From assembly GCA_964016885.1 (NCBI GenBank), contig OZ024740.1:6262001-6326000 (forward strand): DNA of 64,000 bases, in the 5' to 3' direction. The DNA is from Eledone cirrhosa. Taxonomy: Eukaryota. Under the pieces are notes generated by a model. The model had not been told where the DNA came from. It did not search any database and saw nothing but the letters and a program-made list of their open reading frames with translations. The position numbers were made by a program, and so were the translations under genes. Position 1 is the stretch's first letter. Every line of letters begins with the position of its first letter. Positions 10,795 through 24,500 of this stretch are shown here, one piece after another.

Positions 10795-11889
10795 ATAATT
10801 TAACCGGTCCGTCCGTCCAGCGCCCGACGACGCTGTTGGACGGCATGGACCTGCCTCTCCAGATGCCGAGCTGCAGGCCCACTGACTTTTCCTGGTTGAT
10901 CATTGTTCCTGTCACCGCTTCGTATTCTCTTAGTATAGTGCCGATCGCCTCGATGTTATTGGCGTTCGACACCCCTACAGTGACATCGTCCGCATATTCT
11001 GACATGGATCTTCCGCATCCTAGTTCGCGCGGGACCCCCCTCAACGTCTCCAGTTTGTGTAGTAATGGCTCGAGAGTCAATACGTACAAGAGGGACGAGA
11101 GGGGACATCCTTGGCGGACCGATCGCAAGATGTTGAACGGTTCCGAAAGGTGACTGTTCACTCTCACCACAGAGCAGATGTCGCTGTGCATGGCAGCGAT
11201 CCAGCCTCTGAAGACGGGCCCAAAGCCAGCCGCCCTCAGGACTGCCGCTATGTAACGATGGTCGACCCTATCGAAAGCTTTCGACAGATCTAAATTGATC
11301 AAGGACCCACCCGTGCCAGGTTCCCTAGCTACCCTTCCACGATGTATCGCATGAGGTGGAAGTTGTCGTGGATGGATCTGTCGGGAATGGCGCATGTCTG
11401 TGCCTCTCCCACCAGACCACCAACGACAAGCGCCAACTTCTTTGCTAGCGCCTTGGCCAAAATCTTGAACTCTGTGTTTAGCAGAGTTATGGGCCTGAAA
11501 TTATCTATGTTATCCCCCTTGTTCGGATCCTTTCTCAGCAGCGCCACAACTCCTCGACTCACAGAGCTGGGAATTCTCCCGTTCTGTTGCCAGTTGCAGT
11601 AGACGTCCGCCAAGTGGCCTCCGAACAAGTCTGGCATCTGTACGTAAAGTTCATAGGGCAGACCATCCAAACCAGGCGATTTACCCCTTGTGCAGCAAGT
11701 CATTGCCTCCCGTACTTCAGCAGCTGTTATCGGCTTTTCGCAACACTCCGCCTCAGTGGCCGAGAGCCGCGGCAGTCCGTCGAGGTAGACACTAAAGTCC
11801 ATCCCTCGATCCGGCCCGCCGCTGCCCCCGAACGGCTGAGCGAAGTGTCGCCGAAAAGCTTCACACATTTTTCCGGGATCGAGTAGCAT
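10795..11889 (-). mobile_element. Internal fragment of Tx1/L1-clade LINE ORF2 reverse transcriptase, frameshifted near 11335, truncated at both ends
   Basis: Joining ORFs 11329..11889 and 10790..11395 gives GKSPGLDGLP, NFRPITLLN, Q..AIPDRSIHDN, LDLSKAFDRVDH, VRQGCPLS, YADD and INQEKS, the canonical non-LTR RT motifs. The segment is GC-rich relative to its flanks. Confidence 0.95.
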
Positions 11890-14800
11890 ATATTCATTTT
11901 GTCTCGTTATTTCGCAAGATATATTCTATTTTGTCCAGTTATTTCACAAGAAATATTCTATGTTGTCGAGTTATTTCACAAGATATATTCTATTTTGTCT
12001 AGTTATTTCGCAAGATATATTCTATTTTGTCCAGTTATTTCACAAGAAATATTCTATTTTGTCCAGTTATTTCACAAGATATCTTCTATTTTGTCTAGTT
12101 ATTTCTCAAGATATATTCTATTTTGTCCAGTTATTTCACAAGATATCTTCTATTTTGTCCAGTTATTTCACAAGATATCTTCTATTTTGTCTCGTTATTT
12201 CACAAGATATATTCTATTTTGTCCAGTTATTTCGCAAGATATATTCTATTTTGTCCAGTTATTTCACAAGATATCTTCTATTTTGTCTCGTTATTTCACA
12301 AGATATATTCTATTTTGTCCAGTTATTTCACAAGATAAATTCTACTTTGTCCAGTCATTTCACAAGATATATACTATTTTGTCCAGTTGTTACACAAGAT
12401 ATCTTCTACCTTGTCCAGTTATTTCACGATATATCTTCAACATTGTCCAGTTATTTCACAAGATATCTTCTATTTGTCCAGTCATTTCACAAGATATCTT
12501 CTACATTGTCCAGTTTTTTCACAACATATCTTCTATTTCGTTCAGTCATTTCACAAGATATCTTCTACTTTGTCCAGTTATTTCACAAGATATATTCTAT
12601 TTTGTCCAGTCATTTCACAAGATATCTTCTATTTTGTCCAGTTATTTCACAAGATATCTTCTATTTTGTCCAGTCATTCCACAAGATATCTTCTACTTTG
12701 TCCAGTTATTTCACAAGATATATTCTATTTTGTCCAGTCATTTCACAAGATATCTTCTATTTTGTACAGTTATTTCACAAGATATCTTCTATTTTGTCCA
12801 GTTATTTCACAAGATATCTTCTACTTTGTCCAGTCATTCCACAATATATCTTCTACTTTGTCCAGTTATTTCACAAGATATCTTCTATTTTGTCCAGTTA
12901 TTTCACAAGATAGCTACTATTTTGTCCAGGTATTTCACAAGATATATTTTATTTCGTCCAGTTATTTCACAAGATATATTTTATTTCGTCCAGTTATTTC
13001 ACAAGATATATTCTATTTTGACCAGTTATTTCACAAGATATATTCTACTTTGTCCAGTCATTTCACAAGATATCTTCTATTTTGTCCAGTTATTTCACAA
13101 GATATATTCTATTTTGTCCAGTTATTTCACAAGATATATTCTATTTTGTCCAGTTATTTCACAAGATATCTTCTATTTTGACCAGTTATTTCACAACATA
13201 TCTTCTATTTTGTCCAGTTATTTCACAAGATATATTCTATTTTGTCCAGTTATTTCACAAGATATCTTCTATTTTGTCCAATCATTTCACAAGATATATT
13301 CTATTTTGTCCAGTTATTTCACAAGATATCTTCTATATTGTCCAGTCATTTCGCAAGATAACTTCTACTTTGTCTTGTCATTTCACAAGATATCTTCTAC
13401 TTTACCCAATCATTTCACTAGATATCTTTTATTTTGTCCAGTTATTTTACAAGATATCTTATACTTTGTACAATCATTTCACAAGATATATTCTATTTTG
13501 TCCAGTTATTTCACAAGATGTCTCCTACTTGTCCAGTTATTTCACAAGGTATATTCTATTTTGTCCAGTTATTTCACAAGATATCTTCTACTTTGTCCTG
13601 TTATTTCACAGAATATATTCTATTTTGTCCAGTCATTCCACAAGATATCTTCTATTTTGTCCAGTTATTTCACAAGATATATTCTATTTTGTCCTGTCAT
13701 TCCACAAGATATCTTCTATTTTGTCAAGTTATTTCACAAGATATCTTCTATTTTGTCCAGTCATTCCACAAGATATCTTCTATTTTGTCCAGTTATTTCA
13801 CAAGATATCTTCTATTTTGTCCAGTCATTCCACAAGATATCTTCTATTTTGTCCAGTTATTTCACAAGATATCTTCTATTTTGTCCAGTCATTCCGCAAG
13901 ATATCTTCTACTTTGTCCAGTTTTTTCACGAGATATTTTCTACTTTGTCCAGTTATATCACAAGATATCTTCTATTTTGTCCAGTCATTTCACAAGATAT
14001 CTTCTATTTTGACCAGTCATTTCACAAGATATCTTCTATTTTGTCCAGTTATTTCACTAGATATCTTCTATTTGTCCAGTTATTTCACAAGATATCTTCT
14101 ATTTTGTCCAGTCATTCCACAAGATATCTTCTACTTTGTCCAGTTATTTCACAAGATATATTCTATTTTGTCCAGTCATTTCACAAGATATCTTCTATTT
14201 AGTCCAGTTATTTCACAAGATATCTTCTACTTTGTCCAGTCATTCCACAAGATATCTTCTACTTTGTCCAGTTATTTCACAAGATATCTTCTATTTTGTC
14301 CAGTTATTTCACAAGATATCTACTATTTTGTCCAGGTATTTCACAAGATATATTTTATTTCGTCCAGTTATTTCACAAGATATATTTTATTTCGTCCAGT
14401 TATTTCACAAGATATATTCTATCTTGACCAGTTATTTCGCAAGATATATTCTACTTTGTCCAGTCATTTAACAAGATATCTTCTATTTTGTCCAGTTATT
14501 TCACAAGATATATTCTATATTGTCCAATTATTTCGCAAGATATATTCTATCTTGTCCAGTTATTTCACAAGATATCTTCTATTTTGACCAGTTATTTCAC
14601 AAGATATCTTCTATTTTGTCCAATTATTTCACAAGATATATTGTATTTTGTCCAGTTATTTCACAAGATATCTTCTATATTGTCCAGTCATTTCGCAAGA
14701 TGTCTTCTACTTTGTCTTGTTATTTCACACGATATCTTCTACTTTACCCAATCATTTCACTAGATATCTTTTAATTTGTCCAGTTATTTTACAAGATATC

Positions 14801-17800
14801 TTCTACTTTGTACAATCATTTCACAAGATATATTCTATTTTGTCCAGTTATTTCACAAGATATCTCCTACTTGTCCAGTTATTTCACAAGATATATTCTA
14901 TTTTATCCAGTCATTTCACAAGATATATTCTACTTTGTCCAGTTATTTCACAAGATATCTTCTACTTTACCCAATCATTTCACAAGATATATTCTATTTT
15001 GTCCAGTCATTTCACAAGATATATTCTATTTTGTCCAGTTATTTCACAAGATATCTTCTATTTTGACCAGTTATTTCACAAGATATATTCTATTTTGTCC
15101 AGTCATTCCACAAGATATCTTCTACTTTGTCCAGTTATTTCACAAGATATCTTCTATTTTCCCAGTTATTTCACAAGATAGCTTCTCTTTGTCCAGTTAT
15201 TTCACAAGATATCTTCTATTTTTCCAGTTATTTCACAAGATATTTTATATTTCGTCCAGTTATTACACAAGATATATTCTACTTTGTCCACATATTTCAC
15301 AAGAATCCTACTTTGTCCAGTTATTTCATGAGATATCTTCTATTTTGTCCAGTCATTTCACAAGATATCTTCTATTTTGTCCAGTTATTTCACAACATAT
15401 ATTCTACTTTGTCCAGTAATTTCACAAGATATATTCTATTTTGTCCATTTATTTCACAAATCTATTCTACTTTGCCCAGTTATTTCACAAGATATATTCT
15501 ATTTTATCCAGTTATTTCACAAGATATCTTCTACATTGACCAGTTATGTCACAACATATATTCTAATTTGTCTGGTTATTTCACAAGATATATTCTATTT
15601 TGTCCTGTTATTTCCCAAGATATCTTCTATTTTGTCCAGTTATTTCACAAGATATCTTCTACTTTGTCCAGTTGTTTCACAAGATGTATTCTATTTTATC
15701 CAGTCATTTCACAAGATGTCTTCTACTTTGTCTTGTTATTTCACACGATATCTTCTACTTTACCCAATCATTTCACTAGATATCTTTTATTTTGTCCAGT
15801 TATTTTACAAGATATCTTCTACTTTGTACAATCATTTCACAAGATATATTCTATTTTGTCCAGTTATTTCACAAGATATCTCCTACTTGTCCAGTTATTT
15901 CACAAGATATATTCTATTTTGTCCAGTCATTTCACAAGATATATTCTACTTTGTCCAGTTATTTCACAAGATATCTTCTACTTTACCCAATCATTTCACA
16001 AGATATATTCTATTTTGTCCAGTCATTTCACAAGATATCTTCTATTTTGTACAGTTATTTCACAAGATATCTTCTATTTTGTCCAGTCATTCCACAATAT
16101 ATCTACTACTTTGTCCAGCTATTTCACAAGATATCTTCTATTTTGTCCAGTTATTTCACAAGATAGCTACTATTTTGTCCAGGTATTTCACAAGATATAT
16201 TTTATTTCGTCCAGTTATTTCACAAGATATATTTTATTTCGTCCAATTATTTCACAAGATATATTCTATTTTGACCAGTTATTTCACAAGATATATTCTA
16301 CTTTGTCCAGTCATTTCACAAGATATCTTCTATTTTGTCCAGTTATTTCACAAGATATCTTCTACTTTGTCCAGTCATTCCACAATATATCTTCTACTTT
16401 GTCCAGTTATTTCACAAGATATCTTCTATTTTGTCCAGTTATTTCACAAGATAGCTACTATTTTGTCCAGGTATTTCACAAGATATATTTTATTTCGTCC
16501 AGTTATTTCACAAGATATATTTTATTTCGTCCAATTATTTCACAAGATATATTCTATTTTGACCAGTTATTTCACAAGATATATTCTACTTTGTCCAGTC
16601 ATTTCACAAGATATCTTCTATTTTGTCCAGTTATTTCACAAGATATATTCTATTTTGTCCAGTTATTTCACAAGATATATTCTATTTTGTCCAGTTATTT
16701 CACAAGATATCTTCTATTTTGACCAGTTATTTCACAACATATCTTCTATTTTGTCCAGTTATTTCACAAGATATATTCTATTTTGTCCAGTTATTTCACA
16801 AGATATCTTCTATTTTGTCCAATCATTTCACAAGATATATTCTATTTTGTCCAGTTATTTCACAAGATATCTTCTATATTGTCCAGTCATTTCGCAAGAT
16901 ATCTTCTACTTTGTCTTGTTATTTCACAAGATATCTTCTACTTTACCCAATCATTTCACTAGATATCTTTTATTTTGTCCAGTTATTTTACAAGATATCT
17001 TATACTTTGTACAATCATTTCACAAGATATATTCTATTTTGTCCAGTTATTTCACAAGATATCTCCTACTTGTCCAGTTATTTCACAAGGTATATTCTAT
17101 TTTGTCCAGTTATTTCACAAGATATCTTCTACTTTGACCTGTTATTTCACAGAATATATTCTATTTTGTCCAGTCATTCCACAAGATATCTTCTATTTTG
17201 TCCAGTTATTTCACAAGATATATTCTATTTTGTCCAGTCATTCCACAAGATATCTTCTATTTTGTCAAGTTATTTCACAAGATATCTTCTATTTTGTCCA
17301 GTCATTCCACAAGATATCTTCTATTTTGTCCAGTTATTTCACAAGATATCTTCTATTTTGTCCAGTTATTTCACAAGATATCTTCTATTTTGTCCAGTCA
17401 TTCCGCAAGATATCTTCTACTTTGTCCAGTTTTTTCACGAGATATTTTCTACTTTGTCCAGTTATATCACAAGATATCTTCTATTTTGTCCAGTCATTTC
17501 ACAAGATATCTTCTATTTTGACCAGTCATTTCACAAGATATCTTCTATTTTGTCCAGTTATTTCACTAGATATCTTCTATTTGTCCAGTTATTTCACAAG
17601 ATATCTTCTATTTTGTCCAGTCATTCCACAAGATATCTTCTACTTTGTCCAGTTATTTCACAAGATATATTCTATTTTGTCCAGTCATTTCACAAGATAT
17701 CTTCTATTTAGTCCAGTTATTTCACAAGATATCTTCTACTTTGTCCAGTCATTCCACAAGATATCTTCTACTTTGTCCAGTTATTTCACAAGATATCTTC

Positions 17801-20800
17801 TATTTTGTCCAGTTATTTCACAAGATATCTACTATTTTGTCCAGGTATTTCACAAGATATATTTTATTTCGTCCAGTTATTTCACAAGATATATTTTATT
17901 TCGTCCAGTTATTTCACAAGATATATTCTATCTTGACCAGTTATTTCGCAAGATATATTCTACTTTGTCCAGTCATTTAACAAGATATCTTCTATTTTGT
18001 CCAGTTATTTCACAAGATATATTCTATATTGTCCAATTATTTCACAAGATATATTCTATCTTGTCCAGTTATTTCACAAGATATCTTCTATTTTGACCAG
18101 TTATTTCACAAGATATCTTCTATTTTGTCCAATTATTTCACAAGATATATTGTATTTTGTCCAGTTATTTCACAAGATATCTTCTATATTGTCCAGTCAT
18201 TTCGCAAGATGTCTTCTACTTTGTCTTGTTATTTCACACGATATCTTCTACTTTACCCAATCATTTCACTAGATATCTTTTATTTTGTCCAGTTATTTTA
18301 CAAGATATCTTCTACTTTGTACAATCATTTCACAAGATATATTCTATTTTGTCCAGTTATTTCACAAGATATCTCCTACTTGTCCAGTTATTTCACAAGA
18401 TATATTCTATTTTGTCCAGTCATTTCACAAGATATATTCTACTTTGTCCAGTTATTTCACAAGATATCTTCTACTTTACCCAATCATTTCACAAGATATA
18501 TTCTATTTTGTCCAGTCATTTCACAAGATATATTCTATTTTGTCCAGTTATTTCACAAGATATCTTCTATTTTGACCAGTTATTTCACAAGATATATTCT
18601 ATTTTGTCCAGTCATTCCACAAGATATCTTCTACTTTGTCCAGTTATTTCACAAGATATCTTCTATTTTCCCAGTTATTTCACAAGATAGCTTCTCTTTG
18701 TCCAGTTATTTCACAACATATATTCTACTTTGTCCAGTAATTTCACAAGATATATTCTATTTTGTCCATTTATTTCACAAATCTATTCTACTTTGCCCAG
18801 TTATTTCACAAGATATATTCTATTTTATCCAGTTATTTCACAAGATATCTTCTACATTGACCAGTTATGTCACAACATATATTCTAATTTGTCTGGTTAT
18901 TTCACAAGATATATTCTATTTTGTCCTGTTATTTCCCAAGATATCTTCTATTTTGTCCAGTTATTTCACAAGATATCTTCTACTTTGTCCAGTTGTTTCA
19001 CAAGATGTATTCTATTTTATCCAGTCATTTCACAAGATATATTCTATTTTGTACAGTTATTTCACAACATATATTGTAATTTGTCCAGTTACTTCACAAA
19101 ATATATTCTATTTTGTCCAGTTCTTTCACAAATATATTCTACTTTGTCAAGTCATTTCACAAGATATATTCTATTTTATACAGTTATTACACAAGATATC
19201 TTCTACATTGTCCAGTTTTTTCACAAGATATCTTCTACTTTGTCCAATCATTTCACAAGATATATTCTATTTTAGCCAGTTATTTCACAAGATATCTTCT
19301 ATATTGTCCAGTTATTTCACAAGATATATTCTATTTTGTCCCGTTATTTCACAAAATATTTTCTATTTTGTCCAGTTATTTCACAAGATATATTCTATTT
19401 TGTCCAGTTATTTCACAAGATATCTTCTATATTGTCCAGTCATTTCGCAACATATCTTCTACTTTGTCTTGTTATTTCACAAGATATCTTCTACTTTACC
19501 CAATCATTTCACTAGATATCTTTTATTTTGTCCAGTTATTTCACAAGATATCTCCTACTTCTCCAGTTATTTCACAAGATATAGTCTATTTTGTCCAGTT
19601 ATTTCACAACATATCTTCTATTTTGTCCAGTTATTTCACAAGATATCTTCTATTTTGTCCAGTTTTTTCACAAGATATCTTCTACTTTGTCCTGTTATTT
19701 CACAAGATATATTCTATTTTGTCCAGTCATTCCACAAGATATCTTCTACTTTGTCCAGTTATTTCACAAGATATATTCTATTTTGTCAGTTATTTCACAA
19801 CATATATTCTACTTTGTCCAGTTATTTCACAAGATATATTCTATGTTGTCCAGTTATTTCACAAGATATATTCTATTTTATCCAGTTATTTCACAAATAT
19901 ATTCTATCTTGTCCAGTTATTTCACAAGATATATTCTATGTTGTCCAGTTATTTCACAAGATATATTCTATTTTATCTAGTTATTTCACAAATATATTCT
20001 ATCTTGTCCAGTTATTTCACAAGATATATTCTATTTTGTCCAGTTATATCACAAGATATATTCTATTTTGTCCAGTTATTTCACAAGATATGTTCTATCT
20101 TGTCCAGTTATTTCACAAGATATATTCTATTTTGTCCAGTTATTTCACAAGATATCTTCTATTTTGTCCAGTTATTTCACAAGATATCTTGTATTTTGTC
20201 CAGTTATTTCACAAGAAATATTCTATTTTGTCCAGTTATTTCACAAGATATCTTCTATTTTGTCCAGTTATTTCACAAGATATATTCTATTTTGTCCAGT
20301 TATTTCACCAGATATCTTCTACTTTGTCCAGTCATTTCACAAGATATATTCTACTTTGTCCAGTCATTTCACAAGATATATTCTATTTGTCCAGTTATTT
20401 CACAAGATATATTCTACTTTGTCCAGCTACTTCTCAAGATATCTTCTACATTGTCCAGTTATTTCACAAGATATATTCTATTTTGTCCAGTTATTTCACA
20501 ATATATCTTCTATTTTGTCCAGTTATTTCACAAGATATATTCTATTTTGTCCAGTTATTTCACAAGATATCTTCTATTTTGTCCAATCATTTTACAGGAT
20601 ATCTTCTACTTTGTCTTGTTATTTCACAAGATATTTTCTACTTTGTCCAGTTATTTCACAACATATCTTCTATTTTGTCCAGTCATTTCACAAGATATAT
20701 TCTATTTTGTCCAGTTATTTCAAAAGATATTTTCTACTTTGTCCAGTTATTTCACAAGATATCTTCTATTTTCCCAGTTATTTCACAAGATATCTTCTAC

Positions 20801-21504
20801 TTTATCCAATCATTTCACTAGATATCTTTTATTTTGTCGAGTTATTTTACAAGATATCTTCTACTTTGTACAATCATTTCACAAGATATATTCTATATTG
20901 TCCAGTTATTTCACAAGATATCTTCTACTTGTCCAGTTATTTCACAAGATATATTCTATTTTGTCCAGTCATTCCACAAGATATCTTCTACTTTGTCCAG
21001 TTATTTCACAAGATATCTTCTATTTTCCCAGTTATTTCACAAGATATCTTCTCTTTTGTCCAGTTATTTCACAAGATATCTTCTACTTGTCCAATCATTT
21101 TACAAGATATATTCTATCTTATCCAGTTATTTCACAACATATATTCTACTTTGTCCAGTTATTTCACAAGATATATTCTATGTTGTCCAGTTATTTCACA
21201 AGATATATACTATTTCGTCCATTTATTTCACAAATATATTCTACTTTGTCCAGTCATTTCACAAGATATATTCTATTTTGTCCAGTTATTTCACAAGATA
21301 TCTTCTATATTGTCCAGTTATTTCGCAAGACATCTTCTACTTTGTCTTGTTATTTCACAAGATATCTTCTACTTTACCCAATCATTTCACTAGATATCTT
21401 TTATTTTGTCGAGTTATTTTACAAGATATCTTCTACTTTGTACAATCATTTCACAAGATATATTCTATATTGTCCAGTTATTTCACAAGATATCTCCTAC
21501 TTCT

Positions 21505-24500
21505 CCAGTTATTTCACAAGATATATTCTACTTTCTCCAGTTATCTCACAAGATATATTCTATGTTGTCCAGTCATTTCACAAGATATATTCTATTTTAT
21601 CCAGTTATTTCACAAGATATATTCTATGTTGTCCAGTTATTTCACAAGATATCTCCTACTTCTCCAGTTATTTCACAAGATATATTCTACTTTGTCCAGT
21701 TATCTCACAAGATATATTCTATGTTGTCCAGTCATTTCACAAGAAATATTCTATTTTGTCCAGTTATTTCACAAGATATCTTCTATTTTGTCCAGTTATT
21801 TCACAAGATATATTCTATTTTGTCCAGTTATTTCACAAGATATATTCTACTTTGTCCAGTTATTTCACAAGATATCTTCTATTTTCCCAGTTATTTCACA
21901 AGATATCTTCTATTTTGTCCACTTATTTCACAAGATATATTCTATTTTGTCCAGTTATTTCACAAGATATCTTCTACTTTGTCCATTCATTTCACAAGAT
22001 ATATTCTACTTTGTCCAGTCATTTCACAAGATATATTCTATTTTATCCAGTTATTTCACAAGATATATTCTATGTTGTCCAGTTATTTCACAAGATATCT
22101 CCTACTTCTCCAGTTATTTCACAAGATATATTCTACTTTGTCCAGTTAACTCACAAGATATATTCTATGTTGTCCAGTCATTTCACAAGAAATATTCTAT
22201 TTTGTCCAGTTATTTCACAAGATATCTTCTATTTTGTCCAGTTATTTCACAAGATATATTCTATTTTGTCCAGTTATTTCACAAGATATATTCTACTTTG
22301 TCCAGTTATTTCACAAGATATCTTCTATTTTCCCAGTTATTTCACAAGATATCTTCTATTTTGTCCAGTTATTTCACAAGATATATTCTACTTTGTCCAG
22401 CTACTTCTCAAGATATCTTCTACATTGTCCAGTTATTTCACAAGATATATTCTATTTTGTCCAGGTTTTTCACAAGATATCTTCTATTTTGTCCAATCAT
22501 TTTACAGGATATCTTCTACTTTGTCTTGTTATTTCACAAGATATTTTCTACTTTGTCCAGTTATTTCACAACATATCTTCTATTTTGTCCAGTCATTTCA
22601 CATGATATATTCTATTTTGTCCAGTTATTTCACAAGATATTTTCTACTTTGTCCAGTTATTTCACAAGATATCTTCTACTTTGTCCAGTTATTTCACAAG
22701 ATATCTTCTATTTTCCCAGTTATTTCACAAGATATCTTCTATTTTCCTAGTTATTTCACAAGATATCTTCCACTTTATCCAAACATTTCACTAGATATCT
22801 TTTATTTTGTCGAGTTATTTTACAAGATATCTTCTACTTTGTACAATCATTTCACAAGATATATTCTATATTGTCCAGTTATTTCACAAGATATCTTCTA
22901 CTTGTCCAGTTATTTCACAAGATATATTCTATTTTGTCCAGTCATTCCACAAGATATCTTCTACTTTGTCCAGTTATTTCACAAGATATCTTCTATTTTC
23001 CCAGTTATTTCACAAGATATCTTCTCTTTTGTCCAGTTATTTCACAAGATATCTTCTATATTGTCCAGTTATTTCTCAAGATATATTCTGCTTTGTCCAG
23101 TCATTTCACAAGATATATTCTACTTTGCCCAATTATTTCACAAGATGTCTTCTACTTTGTCCAGTCATTTCACAAGATATATTCTAATTTGTCCAGTTAT
23201 TTCACAAATATATTCTACTTTGTCCAGTCATTTCACAAGATATATTCTATTTTATACAGTTATTACACAAGATATCTTCTACATTGTCCAGTTTTTTCAC
23301 AAGATATCTTCTACTTTGTCCAATCATTTCACAAGATATATTCTATTTTAGCCAGTTATTTCACAAGATATCTTCTATTTTGTCCAGTTATTTCACAAGA
23401 TATCTTCTATTTTGTCCAGTTATTTCACAAGATATATTCTATTTTGTCCAGTCATTCCACAAGATATCTTCTACTTTGTCCAGTTATTTCACAAGATATA
23501 TTCTATTTTGTCAGTTATTTCACAACATATATTCTACTTTGTCCAGTTATTTCACAAGATATCCCCTACTTGTCCAGTTATTTCACAAGATATATTCTAT
23601 TTTGTCCAGTCATTGCACAAGATATCTTCTAATCTGTCCAGTTATTTCACAAGATATCCTCTATTTTGACCAGTTATTTCACAAGATATATTCTATTTTG
23701 TCCAGTCATTTCACAAGATATATTCTACTTTGTCCAGTTATTTCACAAGATATCTTCTACATTACCCAATCATTTCACATGATATATTCTACTTTATCCA
23801 AACATTTCACTAGATATCTTTTATTTTGTCAAGTTATTTTACAAGATATCTTCTACTTTGTACAATCATTTCACAAGATATATTCTATATTGTCCAGTTA
23901 TTTCACAAGATATCTTCTACTTGTCCAGTTATTTCACAAGATATATTCTATTTTGTCCAGTCATTCCACAAGATATCTTCTACTTTGTCCAGTTATTTCA
24001 CAAGATATCTTCTATTTTCCCAGTTATTTCACAAGATATCTTCTCTTTTGTCCAGTTATTTCACAAGATATCTTCTATTTTGTCCAATCATTTCACAAGA
24101 TATATTCTATTTTGTCCAGTTATTTCACAAGATATCTTCTATATTGTCCAGTCATTTCGCAAGATATCTTCTACTTTGTCCATTCATTTCACAAGATATA
24201 TTCTACTTTGTCCAGTCATTTCACAAGATATATTCTATTTTATCCAGTTATTTCACAAGATATATTCTATGTTGTCCAGTTATTTCACAAGATATCTCCT
24301 ACTTCTCCACTTATTTCACAAGATATATTCTACTTTGTCCAGTTATCTCACAAGATATATTCTATGTTGTCCAGTCATTTCACAAGAAATATTCTATTTT
24401 GTCCAGTTATTTCACAAGATATCTTCTATTTTGTCCAGTTATTTCACAAGATATATTCTATTTTGTCCAGTTATTTCACAAGATATATTCTACTTTGTCC

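Noticed and set aside
10836-11886. Plus-strand ORFs over the RT region
   Set aside because: They are antisense shadows of the GC-rich LINE coding sequence.
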